Positions 40,744-52,341 of a DNA stretch of 64,000 bases are shown in pieces. Every line of letters starts with the position of its first letter. Position 1 is the first letter of the stretch. Source of the DNA: Eledone cirrhosa (taxonomy: Eukaryota). Both the position numbers and the translations under genes were made by a program. A model generated the notes under the pieces. The model was not told where the DNA came from. It saw nothing but the letters and a program-made list of their open reading frames with translations, and searched no databases. The stretch covers positions 15,004,001-15,068,000 of the forward strand of contig OZ024743.1 of assembly GCA_964016885.1 (NCBI GenBank), written 5' to 3'.

Positions 40744-41030
40744 TCTAATACTACTAAAACTCTGATCTTGATTGCTTGCTTGCTTGCTTGTACACACTTT
40801 CTCTATATATATATGTTCATATTTGTGTATATACAGGTTGTCCCCCCAAAAATGTATACCCACTTTGATTCCCTATACATGCATTATTTGTTAGGATAGT
40901 ATATACATTTTTAGGGACCCCGGTATTATTATATAAATATATATAGTGTCCCCTAAAAATGTATGCACACTTTGATTACCTGTACAGGCAATATATATAT
41001 TAGAATGGTGTATATATCTTTAGGGACCCC

Positions 41031-41063
<33 letters not shown>

Positions 41064-41147
41064 TGTCCCCAAAAAATGTATACACACTTTGATTACCTGT
41101 ACAGGCAATATATATATTAGAATGGTGTATACATTTTTAGGGACCCC

Positions 41148-41200
<53 letters not shown>

Positions 41201-41388
41201 TGTCCCCGAAAAATGTATACACACTTTGATTACCTGTACAGGCAATATATATATTAGAATGGTGTATACATTTTTAGGGACACCGGTATATATATATATA
41301 TATATATAGGGTGTCCCGGAAAAAATGTATACACACTTTGATTACCTGTTCTAGACTACTCGTGACCCAACGGGTCGCGGGTATCTAG
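40744..41388 (+). mobile_element. Complete non-autonomous Helitron containing about 5 satellite units
   Basis: A|TCTAATACTACTAAAAC start. The 3' hairpin CGTGACCC-aac-GGGTCGCG is followed by CTAG|T, and there is no TSD. Confidence 0.82.
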
Positions 41389-41389
41389 T

Positions 41390-41986
41390 TTATTATAATG
41401 CTCGGTTTGTTTGTTTGTAAACCGAGCATAATAATAAATGTTTGGTAAACCGATACGTGCATATATATATATGTGTGCATGTATGTATATATATACTGTA
41501 CGTCTGTATACATATATGTATGTACGTATACATACATACTTACATTTAAGTAAGTGCCGTACTAAAATGGAGAAATGAAATTTCGTGTAATTCTATTCCA
41601 TTTATCGTTTTCGGTGTGCCCGGCCGACTGAACTCACTCGATATGCAAATTAGGCTGCTCAGCCGTTAATATGCATAAGGAAAGTATATACTTTCAGACG
41701 TTCAACCATCTGGCAGGAAGGTATACGCTGCTGACGATAGCTAATAAGCTTGAAACTAGTACATCGTTCCTGTGTCAGTGTTGAACAAAAAGGTGACGTG
41801 GTTGCCTAAACACCGTACGGCGTAATTCGGGCTGTTTGTTTGTTTACAAACAAACAAACCGAGCATTATATTAAATGTTCGGTAAACCGATACGTGCATA
41901 TATATATGTGTGCATGTATGTATATATATACATACTATTGTACGTCTCTATACATATATGTATGTACGTATACATATATACATACT

Positions 41987-41990
<4 letters not shown>
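41390..41990 (+). mobile_element. Non-coding retrozyme-like element (about 437-bp period)
   Basis: Direct repeats 41419-41541 and 41856-41988, a short 5' inverted copy, and a central HHR. Confidence 0.7.
41700..41786 (+). ncRNA. Type I hammerhead ribozyme with long bulged stem I
   Basis: GTTCAAC..CTGGCAGGAA-ggtata-CGCTG CTGACGA tAGCT aata AGCTt GAAAC ta GTA CATCG TTCCTG tGTCAG.GTTGAAC. Confidence 0.8.
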
Positions 41991-42021
<31 letters not shown>

Positions 42022-43494
42022 TATAATTAATTACAAGAGATAAATTAAATATCAAATCAGTTTGTTTTGATACAAATGTACATATTTTACCTGTAGTTCC
42101 ACGTTAAAGTCATGAGCAGCCCAAATGTATAATTTAATGCATTAGTCACTAATGTAGGTTTTCGCAATCATTCAGAAGAAACTTGCTTGATACGTTATAC
42201 TTAATGTTATTTATTCTTTACTGCAAAACACTCTTTACTTGAGGAACAACCTTTCCAATGCTGCTTGCATTAACTTGTTAATCCAACACTCTATACAGTA
42301 CACATGATAGTGTTTAAGCTGAAGCGTACATGTGTTAGCATTTACACTCTACAATGTATGTGTGTTATTATGAATGATTATTCATCCTGTTTTGAAAATC
42401 ATTTCCCTTCTGAAATAAATAGCTATGAAACATTTCTGCTAGAGGTAAACAACCTGATTTGTCTTGGCATGAGAGCTTTTCAGAAATAGAGTAATGCATT
42501 TTGACTCTTTTATCTTATGAAATCACTTATATCAGGAAGCAATTTAAAATCTTCTTCTGATCTTTGAACATATCCTGAAGATATCTTGGAACGTTAGAAT
42601 AACAGCTCCTGAAATTGAATGAGTTTTTGATAAGCAATCTCGCCGCTTCAGTTGATATAAATGAGGATTTTTAAAAATGGAAATGGGATATATTTATTTA
42701 ACCTAATGCCAATAAACTGCAGTCAACGTTCAACAGACAAAAACAAATTCTAGTAAGATGCATTACATATAAAAAAAAATATTCAAATAAGATATATGAT
42801 ATATTGAATAATTCTGACATAATCATATAGAATCTCACAATTATGTTTGATTACGCTATATCATTATATTATTACAATTCCACGTTAGTATAATCGATCT
42901 TGAGTTGCTGATAATAAAAAAAAATAATTTAAAAAAGTTTCTCTAAACCACTCGGAAAATAATTTCCAAAAGTTTGTTTTTGTAAAGAATATTAAATATA
43001 TTTGGGAAGACAATAGGTAAACATATATTACAGGTCTTCTACTAGGGTACATGTTTATCTTCTAAAACGTTTCAGTCTAACAGCGAACGTATACTGTGGG
43101 GGAAATAGTTTCAATTAATTTAATAAATTATTATATTATTCGTTTCCACTATTGGCTTATGCATTGTGTATGGTTCTTGAAAGGACGTATGCCTGTGTTT
43201 GGTTTACAAGACCACAAAATGTACAATGTTTTCATTCAAGTTATGAGTCAAAATTTAGTTTTCTTACACTCTAGCTATTATTATGTCTTTCGTGAACAGT
43301 ATGTTTTTCTATCGCATAATCTATTTCCATTTTCTTTGAAGAAAGCTAGTATGTATTATATTTTATATTACTTTTAATGTCCACATACACAATTCATTGT
43401 TATCTGCTTATAGGTTACTGAAGTGCATTTCACTAATGAAACAATTGTTATTCGAAATCGGTTGTTATATTTATATTATATTTAACCTAATGTC

Positions 43495-44205
43495 CAAAAA
43501 CACGCGACGCTGATAAGGAAGACCGAGAATAAGAGGGAGACATTAGACTACTTCAGACCCAGAACTCTGTTCAACACAAAGTTTAAGATTTTGGCTAAGG
43601 TGTTAGAGAAAATGTTGGCGCTTGACGTCGAGAATTTGGTTGGGGATGTGCAAACTTGCGCAATCCCGACCAGTTCCATACACACCAACCTCCACCTCAT
43701 GCGATACATCATAGAGAGGGTGGGTGTAACCCTGGCTTTTGTGGGTTTCTGATCAATTTAAATCAATCAACAGATTTCGATAGAGTCGAACATCGGTAAC
43801 TGGGGACTGCCTTCAAGGCTCCTGGCTTCATCCCCGTCATCAGAAGCAGGATCGCTGCAATGCAAAGCCTCATCTGCTCGGTGGTCAAAGTTAATGGCGA
43901 CCTATGCGAACCGATTCAGTTCACCCTTAAACTTCCTTACTGTACGTATTGACTCTCGGGCATTTACTGAGGAAGCAGGAGCTGTTGCAGGACATCCCGA
44001 TCGAACTTGGGCGTGGAAAGGTTGTGTCGGCTTATGCGGACGACATTACTATGATGGTGTCGGACACCTCGGGGTAGTTAGCACCTCATTGGGGGAATAT
44101 GAAAAATTGACGAGAGTGAAACATAAACCGGAAAGGTTGGGACTTGGAGAGGCAAGTCCATGTTCTCCAACATCATCGTTGTGTGCTGGACGAAGGCACC
44201 GGTAA
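43495..44205 (+). pseudogene. Tx1/L1 RT fragment related to 10310-11050
   Basis: Co-linear nucleotide similarity (TTTAAGATTTTGGCTAAG, AACCTCCACCTCATGCGATACATCATAGA, YADD codons). Confidence 0.85.
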
Positions 44206-45817
44206 ATTTTATTTCTCCTCCTTTTACATATCTTACCAAGTAGCTTATTCTGTCTATAAATTCTATCGCGCTTTTCAAATCCACTGATTATTTGAGATTT
44301 TAACTTTACTTTCTGTTTCGGCGATTCTTTGACTGACTACATATTAGGTTATGAAGTTACATTGAATTTCTTAACCACGTTCCTTCATTATCTTGACTTG
44401 ACAGATTTCCCAGCACGTATTTCATCCAGGATTGATATATGTCCCTTCATTTAAATTTCTTTCTCAAATGTTATCTTCTTTGTGAGTGTTGTGTCCTTTT
44501 CGTTTTTCGTTACCACATATTTCCTTACTATTACCGATGCTGCTTCATAAATAACCTCATTCATATCTGATATATCATGTTCCATTTCTTCCAAGAGATA
44601 TTTTTTTCTGATTGTGGCCTGTCAATGTGTTCATGCCAATTTTTGGTTGTCAATCTTTTTAACCAGATTCATTGAAGATATCTTGTTTCGTTCCTCCTAT
44701 TTAATCCATATGTTCATGAGGAGAAATATATTCATCCATATTGTCAATGTCTTTCAGCTAGAATCGTCTCTGTTGTCTTTCTCATACATACAATTTTCTG
44801 TAAAATCTCACCTGGTGACAACATTGTCAACACGTTTTGTAACGTCTCTTTTGGCATATATCCATTTCATCTCTTTTTAAAATTCATTTTAACATTTATT
44901 TTTATTTTCATTTAACTCTGCATCTATTAATCTCTTTTTCTAAGAATATCTCTCCTTATATGTGCAAGTTTGTATTCATCTACGTCTGGTCGTATGTCTG
45001 CTTGTCTTTCCCTCTATACCGTAAAATCATTTACGGGTCTTCTTATTATTAATGCTGTCTTTAAAGCTTTCTTCGTGTATACCTATGGCGTTAATAACGA
45101 AATCATTACGACGACGTAGCAAAATCATGAAGTCCCATACCACGAATAAACGCAAAAGATTTCCATGTAACGGATGTTCATGTACATGCAAGAAGCATGC
45201 CATTTGGATCAACATGGACCAATATAGCTTGTTCAAAGACCGTATCATGATACGACCTTACAATATCCTGAATAAGATCATACCACTTAGCACGTGAGCC
45301 ACGTGTGTATGCAAAAATAACGGTACATCATTCTCCGTTAATTGGAGAATACCTCAAAGATCCACTCCCAACTTTAAAGAGCTGAGGGTTTGGGAACTCT
45401 GTAGCTTTGAAAAATTGGAACATACTCTCAGAAATGTCTTCAAGGAAGTGCTGCTTTAATTCGAGCCTTGACTGCTTCTAATGTTCTAACAAAAAATAAT
45501 GGTTTATCCAGATTATTTTTTTTTCGACATTTCAAATTAAATCGTGTTAACTTGTGAAGCACAAGTTGCCTATATTTGTTTATTTATACAGTTTCCTCCC
45601 TTTGCATTTACTATATTTAAAAGTATTTGAATAGTTGTAGGATATCTTCGCCATTACACGCCCCTATAACACTCCGATATTTTCTAAATTCTACATGGAT
45701 GGAAGCCATCTCGGAAAAGTAGCTTGCATATGCCACTGTTGTAAATGATTATAACAAAACTCGTCTTACGGACTGAGTGCTCTAAAATCTTGGATATACA
45801 TGCCACATTTGTACTAC

Positions 45818-45871
<54 letters not shown>

Positions 45872-45907
45872 CGTCCATATACATATATTGTCATATATAT
45901 ATACATG

Positions 45908-45972
<65 letters not shown>

Positions 45973-46537
45973 ATGTGTGTGTGTGTGTTTGTGTATGCGT
46001 GTGCGCGCGCCCGTGTGTGTGTGTGTGTGACGGCATACGTACGTGTGTATGTGTGTACAGGGTCTATGAATCTCTGTAGGATTGTTAAAATATTAACAGT
46101 CTCTGAGAAGCAACATATTCCATATCAGTTTCCATTTAAACTCCTACTTAAGTTTGTAAGGAATGATTTTAGTATTCATTGTTTAGGCAATTCTTCAGAT
46201 CTCATAGTCAATTTAACCTAAACGGCTCAGAAAAAAAATGAATATTCAAAGACCCACATTTTCAATTCTGCTTGAGTATATTTTGGATAGCGTGATCTAA
46301 TTATATTTCCCTTTTGAAGCTACCATTGATTCCATTAGAAAGTCCTTCATGATGCTACTAATAAAAATTACGAGAACAGGGACCGTACATACACAAATCG
46401 AAATTCATATTATTGAGAATATGAAAGTAATATTCACAGGCCCATAAACACGTAGACAGAAATAAACTCGTCTTTTTTATGTTTACTCATACATAAGCAT
46501 ACAAACATACATATATAGTTCTATATCAACATGTATG

Positions 46538-46579
<42 letters not shown>

Positions 46580-46949
46580 GTGAGAGAGAGAGAGGGAGAG
46601 AGATAAAGGAAGGGAGAGTGAGAGAGAGATAGGGAGGGAGAGAGAATGAGGGACAGAGAGTGTGTACCAAACCTTAAGTGTGCGAGTGTAAATAATACAC
46701 ATAAATAAAAACACAGATATATGAAGACATTTTTCAGCTACGTGTAAGTGACTCAATATGCATATATAAGTGCACACAATCGCAAACATAAATACACGTA
46801 CACATATTTAAAAACAAACATGCGCGCGTGCTTTATAGTTCAGTCATACAGCGTAGTACCCCCGGCATTATAGACCTAGATTTACCACAACATTTTCTAA
46901 ATGGAGTTAGCACTGAATGCCATCGTTTATATATGTCTATATACATACA

Positions 46950-47553
46950 TACATGGTGGCTGCCAACTCGTTTTCGAGTACGGCCACTACTTTATATCCA
47001 TGTAGGTGAACCCTTACCGATGCGCTGAACAAGTGTGTATTTTTAGTCCAGCCAGCGACTTGAAATCTCTGCTACAAACGCTACACTTGTGACAATTATT
47101 GACACATTGTGCTGGGCCCATGGTTCCATGTGATGACAAGTGCAGAGAGATCTCCAGATATAAAGAAATGCCTGTGCCGTGAAGCTCTTATAGTGAGCAA
47201 AGGCACTGCACAAAGCCAGTCCCACTCTCTTAACCAAGATGATATTTACCAAGAACAAGTCAACATCATTGGATACCATCAGGGTTGCAGGGGTTATATC
47301 AGAGTTTTCCTTCTAGAATTCTGCCTTGACAAAGGCTAAGGGGTCATCTCTCCCGGTAATTTTGGATTGCCATTGACATAAAAGAGCACCTTTGTCTTTG
47401 ACAGGTTTTGTTTTTAGTCCTGCAGGATGTCCAAAGTCACCCTCCTCACCAAGAAACCTTGGTGGGGTTGCCAGTTTAGTCGCCAACGACCCGAGCATGA
47501 GACAGGTTGTACTGGGATACATGTTACCAGTAGCACCAACTGGTGACCTGACA
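46950..47553 (-). mobile_element. Non-coding repeat resembling an RTE-clade 5' region
   Basis: Near-identical to 63176-63447. It contains TAGCCTT..AAGGCA..GAAGGAAAACTCTGA, a motif I associate with RTE 5' UTRs. Confidence 0.6.
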
Positions 47554-47593
47554 TAGATACATACATACATACATACATACATACATACATACA

Positions 47594-47644
<51 letters not shown>

Positions 47645-47684
47645 CAAAATAAAGATCCGAAGGCATGGTATAAATTTCCAATCA

Positions 47685-47770
47685 TTTTAATCACGACATA
47701 TGTTTCAATAAGATATAGATCGATCGTGTAGCCATTATTGATTATCACTGATCTCGTCAGGTAAAAATGA
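47685..47770 (-). ncRNA. Type I hammerhead with long stem II
   Basis: TTAC-CTGACGA-(47 nt)-GAAAC atat GTC-GTGA on the minus strand. Confidence 0.65.
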
Positions 47771-49014
47771 ATTGTCTTCAAATCCTTGATTTGAGGCAGA
47801 AAATTAACGACGTTCACAACAGACAATCACACAATCAAGTAGTTAGACAGCTAAGATCGTTTGCGCACTTACAAACGGTACTCGGTCTGTTTCCACATAG
47901 TTCTCACAGCTGAGTGCACATTAGAATACCTAGCTAGTAAATAGTTAGAATGATTACACACTCAGGTAAGACCGATTACGCGCATTCACCATTAGTTTAG
48001 GATACCCTAACCCTTGCGTTCTCTCGGTTAGGATATAGCTAGACGTATTACGCACTGAGTTAAGACCGATTACGCTCTCTATACATAACTCTACACACAG
48101 TACCCGGTTTCTTTAGACACGGTGTTCCCACAGTTATGATTGGTCACGTTCCTATCGATTGAACATTACACTGGGTTTTGATCTGTGATCATCTAACCAT
48201 GGAGTGCTTACGGTTACAGATTGATTGGACAATAATACTTACACACCATTAATGGGCCTACACAGAGCCCCCTAGTGGCCTACATAGCGGTTGCTTGCAC
48301 GCACAGATTTGGGGCCTCAGATTCTCAATGGGACAACGGCACATACTGAGTTCGATATGAGCTGACTACTTGCTCTTCACATGAATGTGTATATACTAAA
48401 ACATACACCTTTTTGGACGATACGGATGTGTATATACCAAAACATACACTATTTGGAGATACGAATGTTACAATTCAATCTATACTCGTATATCAGAACA
48501 TTGAACTGAATTTGTTTACGTCTGTATAGGGTTGCGGTTGACACAATTTTTCCAATTTACATCGTCAAATTGAGATTTGACCAATATGACATTTGTTGTT
48601 TTGGAAACTAACTTTCGGTGAATACTATGTTGGTATATTTATATTTTTTCTTTTACCTCGCGTCGGTGTGTGTGGGTGTGTGTGTACTCACTCACGCTAC
48701 CTGTGACCGTCAGTAGTTCTACAGATTTGATGCTATGTTGGTATATGTATATATTTTTTCTTTGACTTCACGTCGGAGTGGTGAGTGTGTGTGTACCCAC
48801 TCACATTAACTGTGACCGACTGTAATTCTACCGATTTGATTCATGTCCAGCGTCTTTTACAGCTATTGGGAGATTGAGACTTGATAGTTTTATGACCCTA
48901 ACTGAAGACGATAGCAGTCGCTGTGTTTTGACTGCTTGATCTTCATATGAAAGACTAAACTCTGTGAGTGAACATCGTTAATTTTCTCCCTCATATCAAG
49001 GATTTCAAGACAAT

Positions 49015-49100
49015 TAATTTTCACCTGAAGAGATCAGTGATAATCGATCATGGCTACACGATCGATCTATCTCTTATTGAAACATGTGTCGTGATTAAAA
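49015..49100 (+). ncRNA. Type I hammerhead with long stem II
   Basis: TCAC-CTGAAGA-(47 nt including GATCG/CGATC pairing)-GAAAC atgt GTC-GTGA. Confidence 0.7.
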
Positions 49101-49491
49101 TGATTGTAAATGTATACCATGCGTTCGGATCTTTATTTTGATACAAATACTCCGTTTAACATCATCTAGCTATTCCCATAAATGGAATTGGAGATATACA
49201 AAAGCGTGGAGAACTTAATATTGCTAACAAAAAAATATTGGACCGTATGACACAATAAATAATACACCTTACTATATATATATATAATCGATTTCAGAGA
49301 CTTGACTCCTTCTTCCTCACTTTTCGTTGCATTACCATCTTTGATTGTTTACAGTCTCGCTCGTTCCCTTATTTACGTGTCCCAACGACTTTCTTTAGCC
49401 GTTGCTCGCACCAACCGGAGATATATAGTCTTTAAAGCGATGAAATACCAATGAAGGTTGAAAGATCACTGATGAAGAACTAAATTTAATG

Positions 49492-49523
<32 letters not shown>

Positions 49524-49550
49524 TTAATTATTTATATATATATATATATA

Positions 49551-49614
<64 letters not shown>

Positions 49615-50378
49615 CTTAAAGTCAAGAATAAGGCAAGACCGGGGTGTGGGGTGTTCGACATCAGTTGTCGACTGGGGTGTTGGATATTTCAACGGTTTAA
49701 AGACAATATATCTACCTCCAGCGCGTTCAATAACTATGTAAGTTATTGGGAAAACGGAAGAGAGAGGGAAGAAAAATAGAAAGTAAAAGGGAAAAAAGGG
49801 GAAGAGAAAAATTGCGAAAAAAACAACAAACCGAGAATGTGCGAGCAACTTCAAGAAATAAAATACCAAGTTCACAACTGTGCTGAACGTAAGTTCTAAA
49901 GCGTGTGGACTATGAACAAACCCGTCTGATCCCAGCAAGTGTAAGTGAGAAAAGGACTGCTAGAGGGTCAGGCGATGGAAACAATGAGGTGGCCGGCAGA
50001 GAGAGTGAGTTAAAGTGAGATTGAGAAAGGGAGAGGGAAAAAGAGGGGGAAGAGTAGAGCAACGAAATAGGTAGGTAGAAGGAGTGAGAAGGTGGTTCAC
50101 AGCGAAACATGATAAAATAAATGGAGAATAGGAAGACTGCGTAGGTAGATGCTAGTTAAGGTAGGTTGAAAATCTAGAAAGCAAGAACGTGGGTGGTGGG
50201 GTTCCAAAATCAGTTGTCTACTGGGGTTCTCTGATATTTCATATATATATATATATATATAAATGTAATCTGAGGTTTTCAAATATTAATAAAAACATTC
50301 TTTTTTTTGCAATTTTGCAAACAAGCCTCAATTTTATAGCCATGTCAGTAGAATGAACAGTTCATTCTTGCTCTTGTG

Positions 50379-50459
50379 TTGGCATGCGAACAGAGCTGCA
50401 GACACTAATGTTTCTGGGTATCACCCTTCATCAGTACAGCGCACTGTTTGCCGGCCAAT
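50379..50459 (-). ncRNA. Canonical type I hammerhead ribozyme
   Basis: GCTGTA CTGATGA aGGGT gat ACCCa GAAACA ttag TGTC TGCAGC, with an extended stem I (GGC..AACAG / CTGTT..GCC). Confidence 0.85.
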
Positions 50460-50519
50460 CTGTCAGGGCTAGTGAAAATATATGCTATTTTCAAAAATAC
50501 ACAGTGAGTGATCGGCCTG

Positions 50520-50593
50520 ATTTGCATATTACCTGACTGGCTGATCAGTTAGATCTGCATATTAGCAGATTCACTGATCAGCCAAATTTGCAT
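50520..50593 (-). promoter_or_regulatory. Three octamer(-like) ATGCAAAT motifs in about 33-bp tandem units
   Basis: ATTTGCAT at 50520 and 50586, and ATCTGCAT at 50553. Function is inferred only. Confidence 0.35.
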
Positions 50594-51028
50594 ATCAACA
50601 GACTGGCCAGTCAGTTTCCTGTAAAGAAAATTTCGCTCTAAATGGCTGAATACAATAAATGTAATCTGAGTTTTGTGAATATTAATTATAACATTCGATT
50701 CGTTTACAATTTTGCAGACAAGCCTCAAATAAAACAGAAAATTTCGCTTTACATGGCTGAATGCAATAAATGTAATCTGAGAGCGAAATTTTCTTTTTTA
50801 TTTGAATTTGGCAAAGCCGGCCATTTATCGCTCGTATACAAGAAACTGACAGGATAACCGGGATATTTAGCTCTGGCTGCACTATCACAATGAATCGTTC
50901 TTCAAATACCCCCCCCCCCCACTACAACAGACATACTCTGGCTACATCCCTAGTCATAGAATCAACTACTGACGCCTGCTGTCCACTAGTATTTATTGTT
51001 AATTTTTTTGGAGATAACACTCTCTCTC

Positions 51029-51075
<47 letters not shown>

Positions 51076-51080
51076 CTCTT

Positions 51081-51137
<57 letters not shown>

Positions 51138-51822
51138 TGTTATACTTTGGGAGGGTCATGTTGCCAATAAAAGAAGATATATATATATATGTATATAAAG
51201 AAAAAGAGATGAAATCGAAAATGCAACTGAAGTCTTATTTTAAAAAAAAATATATATATTTATTTGGTTCCTTTACCGGTTTCGCAGTTCATTTGCTTTT
51301 CAAAAGGTGAGTTCAGATGGAGGGTCTGTGGTTTTTCTCACATCTGGTTGGTCTCTAAATGTTACTTGTTTTATATGGAAAAAGTGGCTCGAAAGCCAGG
51401 TTTTTCGAGAAGTAATTTGATTGGTTTGTCAATAATTATAATAAATTTCGCGCCAGTTCGCGTTACAATAGTTCTTCAAATAAGAGAGGGGGGGGGGGGT
51501 TGTCACAGGTTGTTTTTTTCATATATGAGTGTTTGAATTTCTTTTTACTTGAAAAAATGAGGCTCACGAAGGCTTTTTTTGGTTGGTTATAAATGAAATT
51601 TGGCTGTCACGTGAACAAGTTTTCATTACATTTTTGCGCCCTTATTTGTAAAACTATTCTGTAGTCTTTATAGCGAATGTTATGACAATGGAGATATAGT
51701 GGTCAAGGGAAAAGGGATTGGGAGAAATGTTCTGGTTCAGTGAATATGGCCAGCTGTCAGAGTTCAGGTGTCAGAGTTCAGATTTTCTATTGAGACTGAA
51801 GATATGTGTTTATTTGTGTGCT

Positions 51823-51853
<31 letters not shown>

Positions 51854-52341
51854 ATGTGTGTATTGGAAGATGATTCTATTAGTAGAGATGGGGGAGGGAG
51901 TTAAGTGTGTGTGTATATGGGTGTTATGTGTGTGTATGCGAGTATGTTAAGATGGAGAGTATATATATTTTGTGTGTGTGTATATATATATGTGTGTAGG
52001 AAAGTGGTTCTATTAGTAGAAATGGGGAGGGAGTTGTAGGTGTGGGGGTTGTTATGTGTGTGTATGGGTGTTATGTGTGTGGGAGTATGGTTAGCATGTT
52101 AAGATGAAGAGAATATATATATATATATATTGTGTGTGTGTGTATGTGTGTGTGTAGGAAAGTGATTCCATTAGTAGGAATATTTTTGAATGAACATATT
52201 TTCCTGACTTTTTCGTGTTTGCTGTTGTATTGCAAGTGCAAACGTATGTTAAGGTTTATTTAGTTCGGGTTTTTATTTTCTAAAGTAGAAGGTGTTATGT
52301 GTGTGTGTGTATGTCATATTGTGGTGTTGACATAATGTATA

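Larger units (their letters stand above)
47642..49143. mobile_element. 1.5-kb non-coding element with 176-bp inverted termini, each containing an HHR
   Basis: 47642-47817 is the reverse complement of 48968-49143 (diverged). The interior has no ORF of 60 aa or more. Confidence 0.8.
50258..50815 (-). mobile_element. Non-coding retrozyme-like element (about 398-bp period)
   Basis: Direct repeats 50258-50330 and 50656-50730, an extra partial repeat, a short inversion at 50781-50815, and a central HHR. Confidence 0.68.

Noticed and set aside
44230-45030. Possible decayed LINE ORF1 on the minus strand
   Set aside because: It has an A-rich coding-like bias, but many stops and no diagnostic motif.
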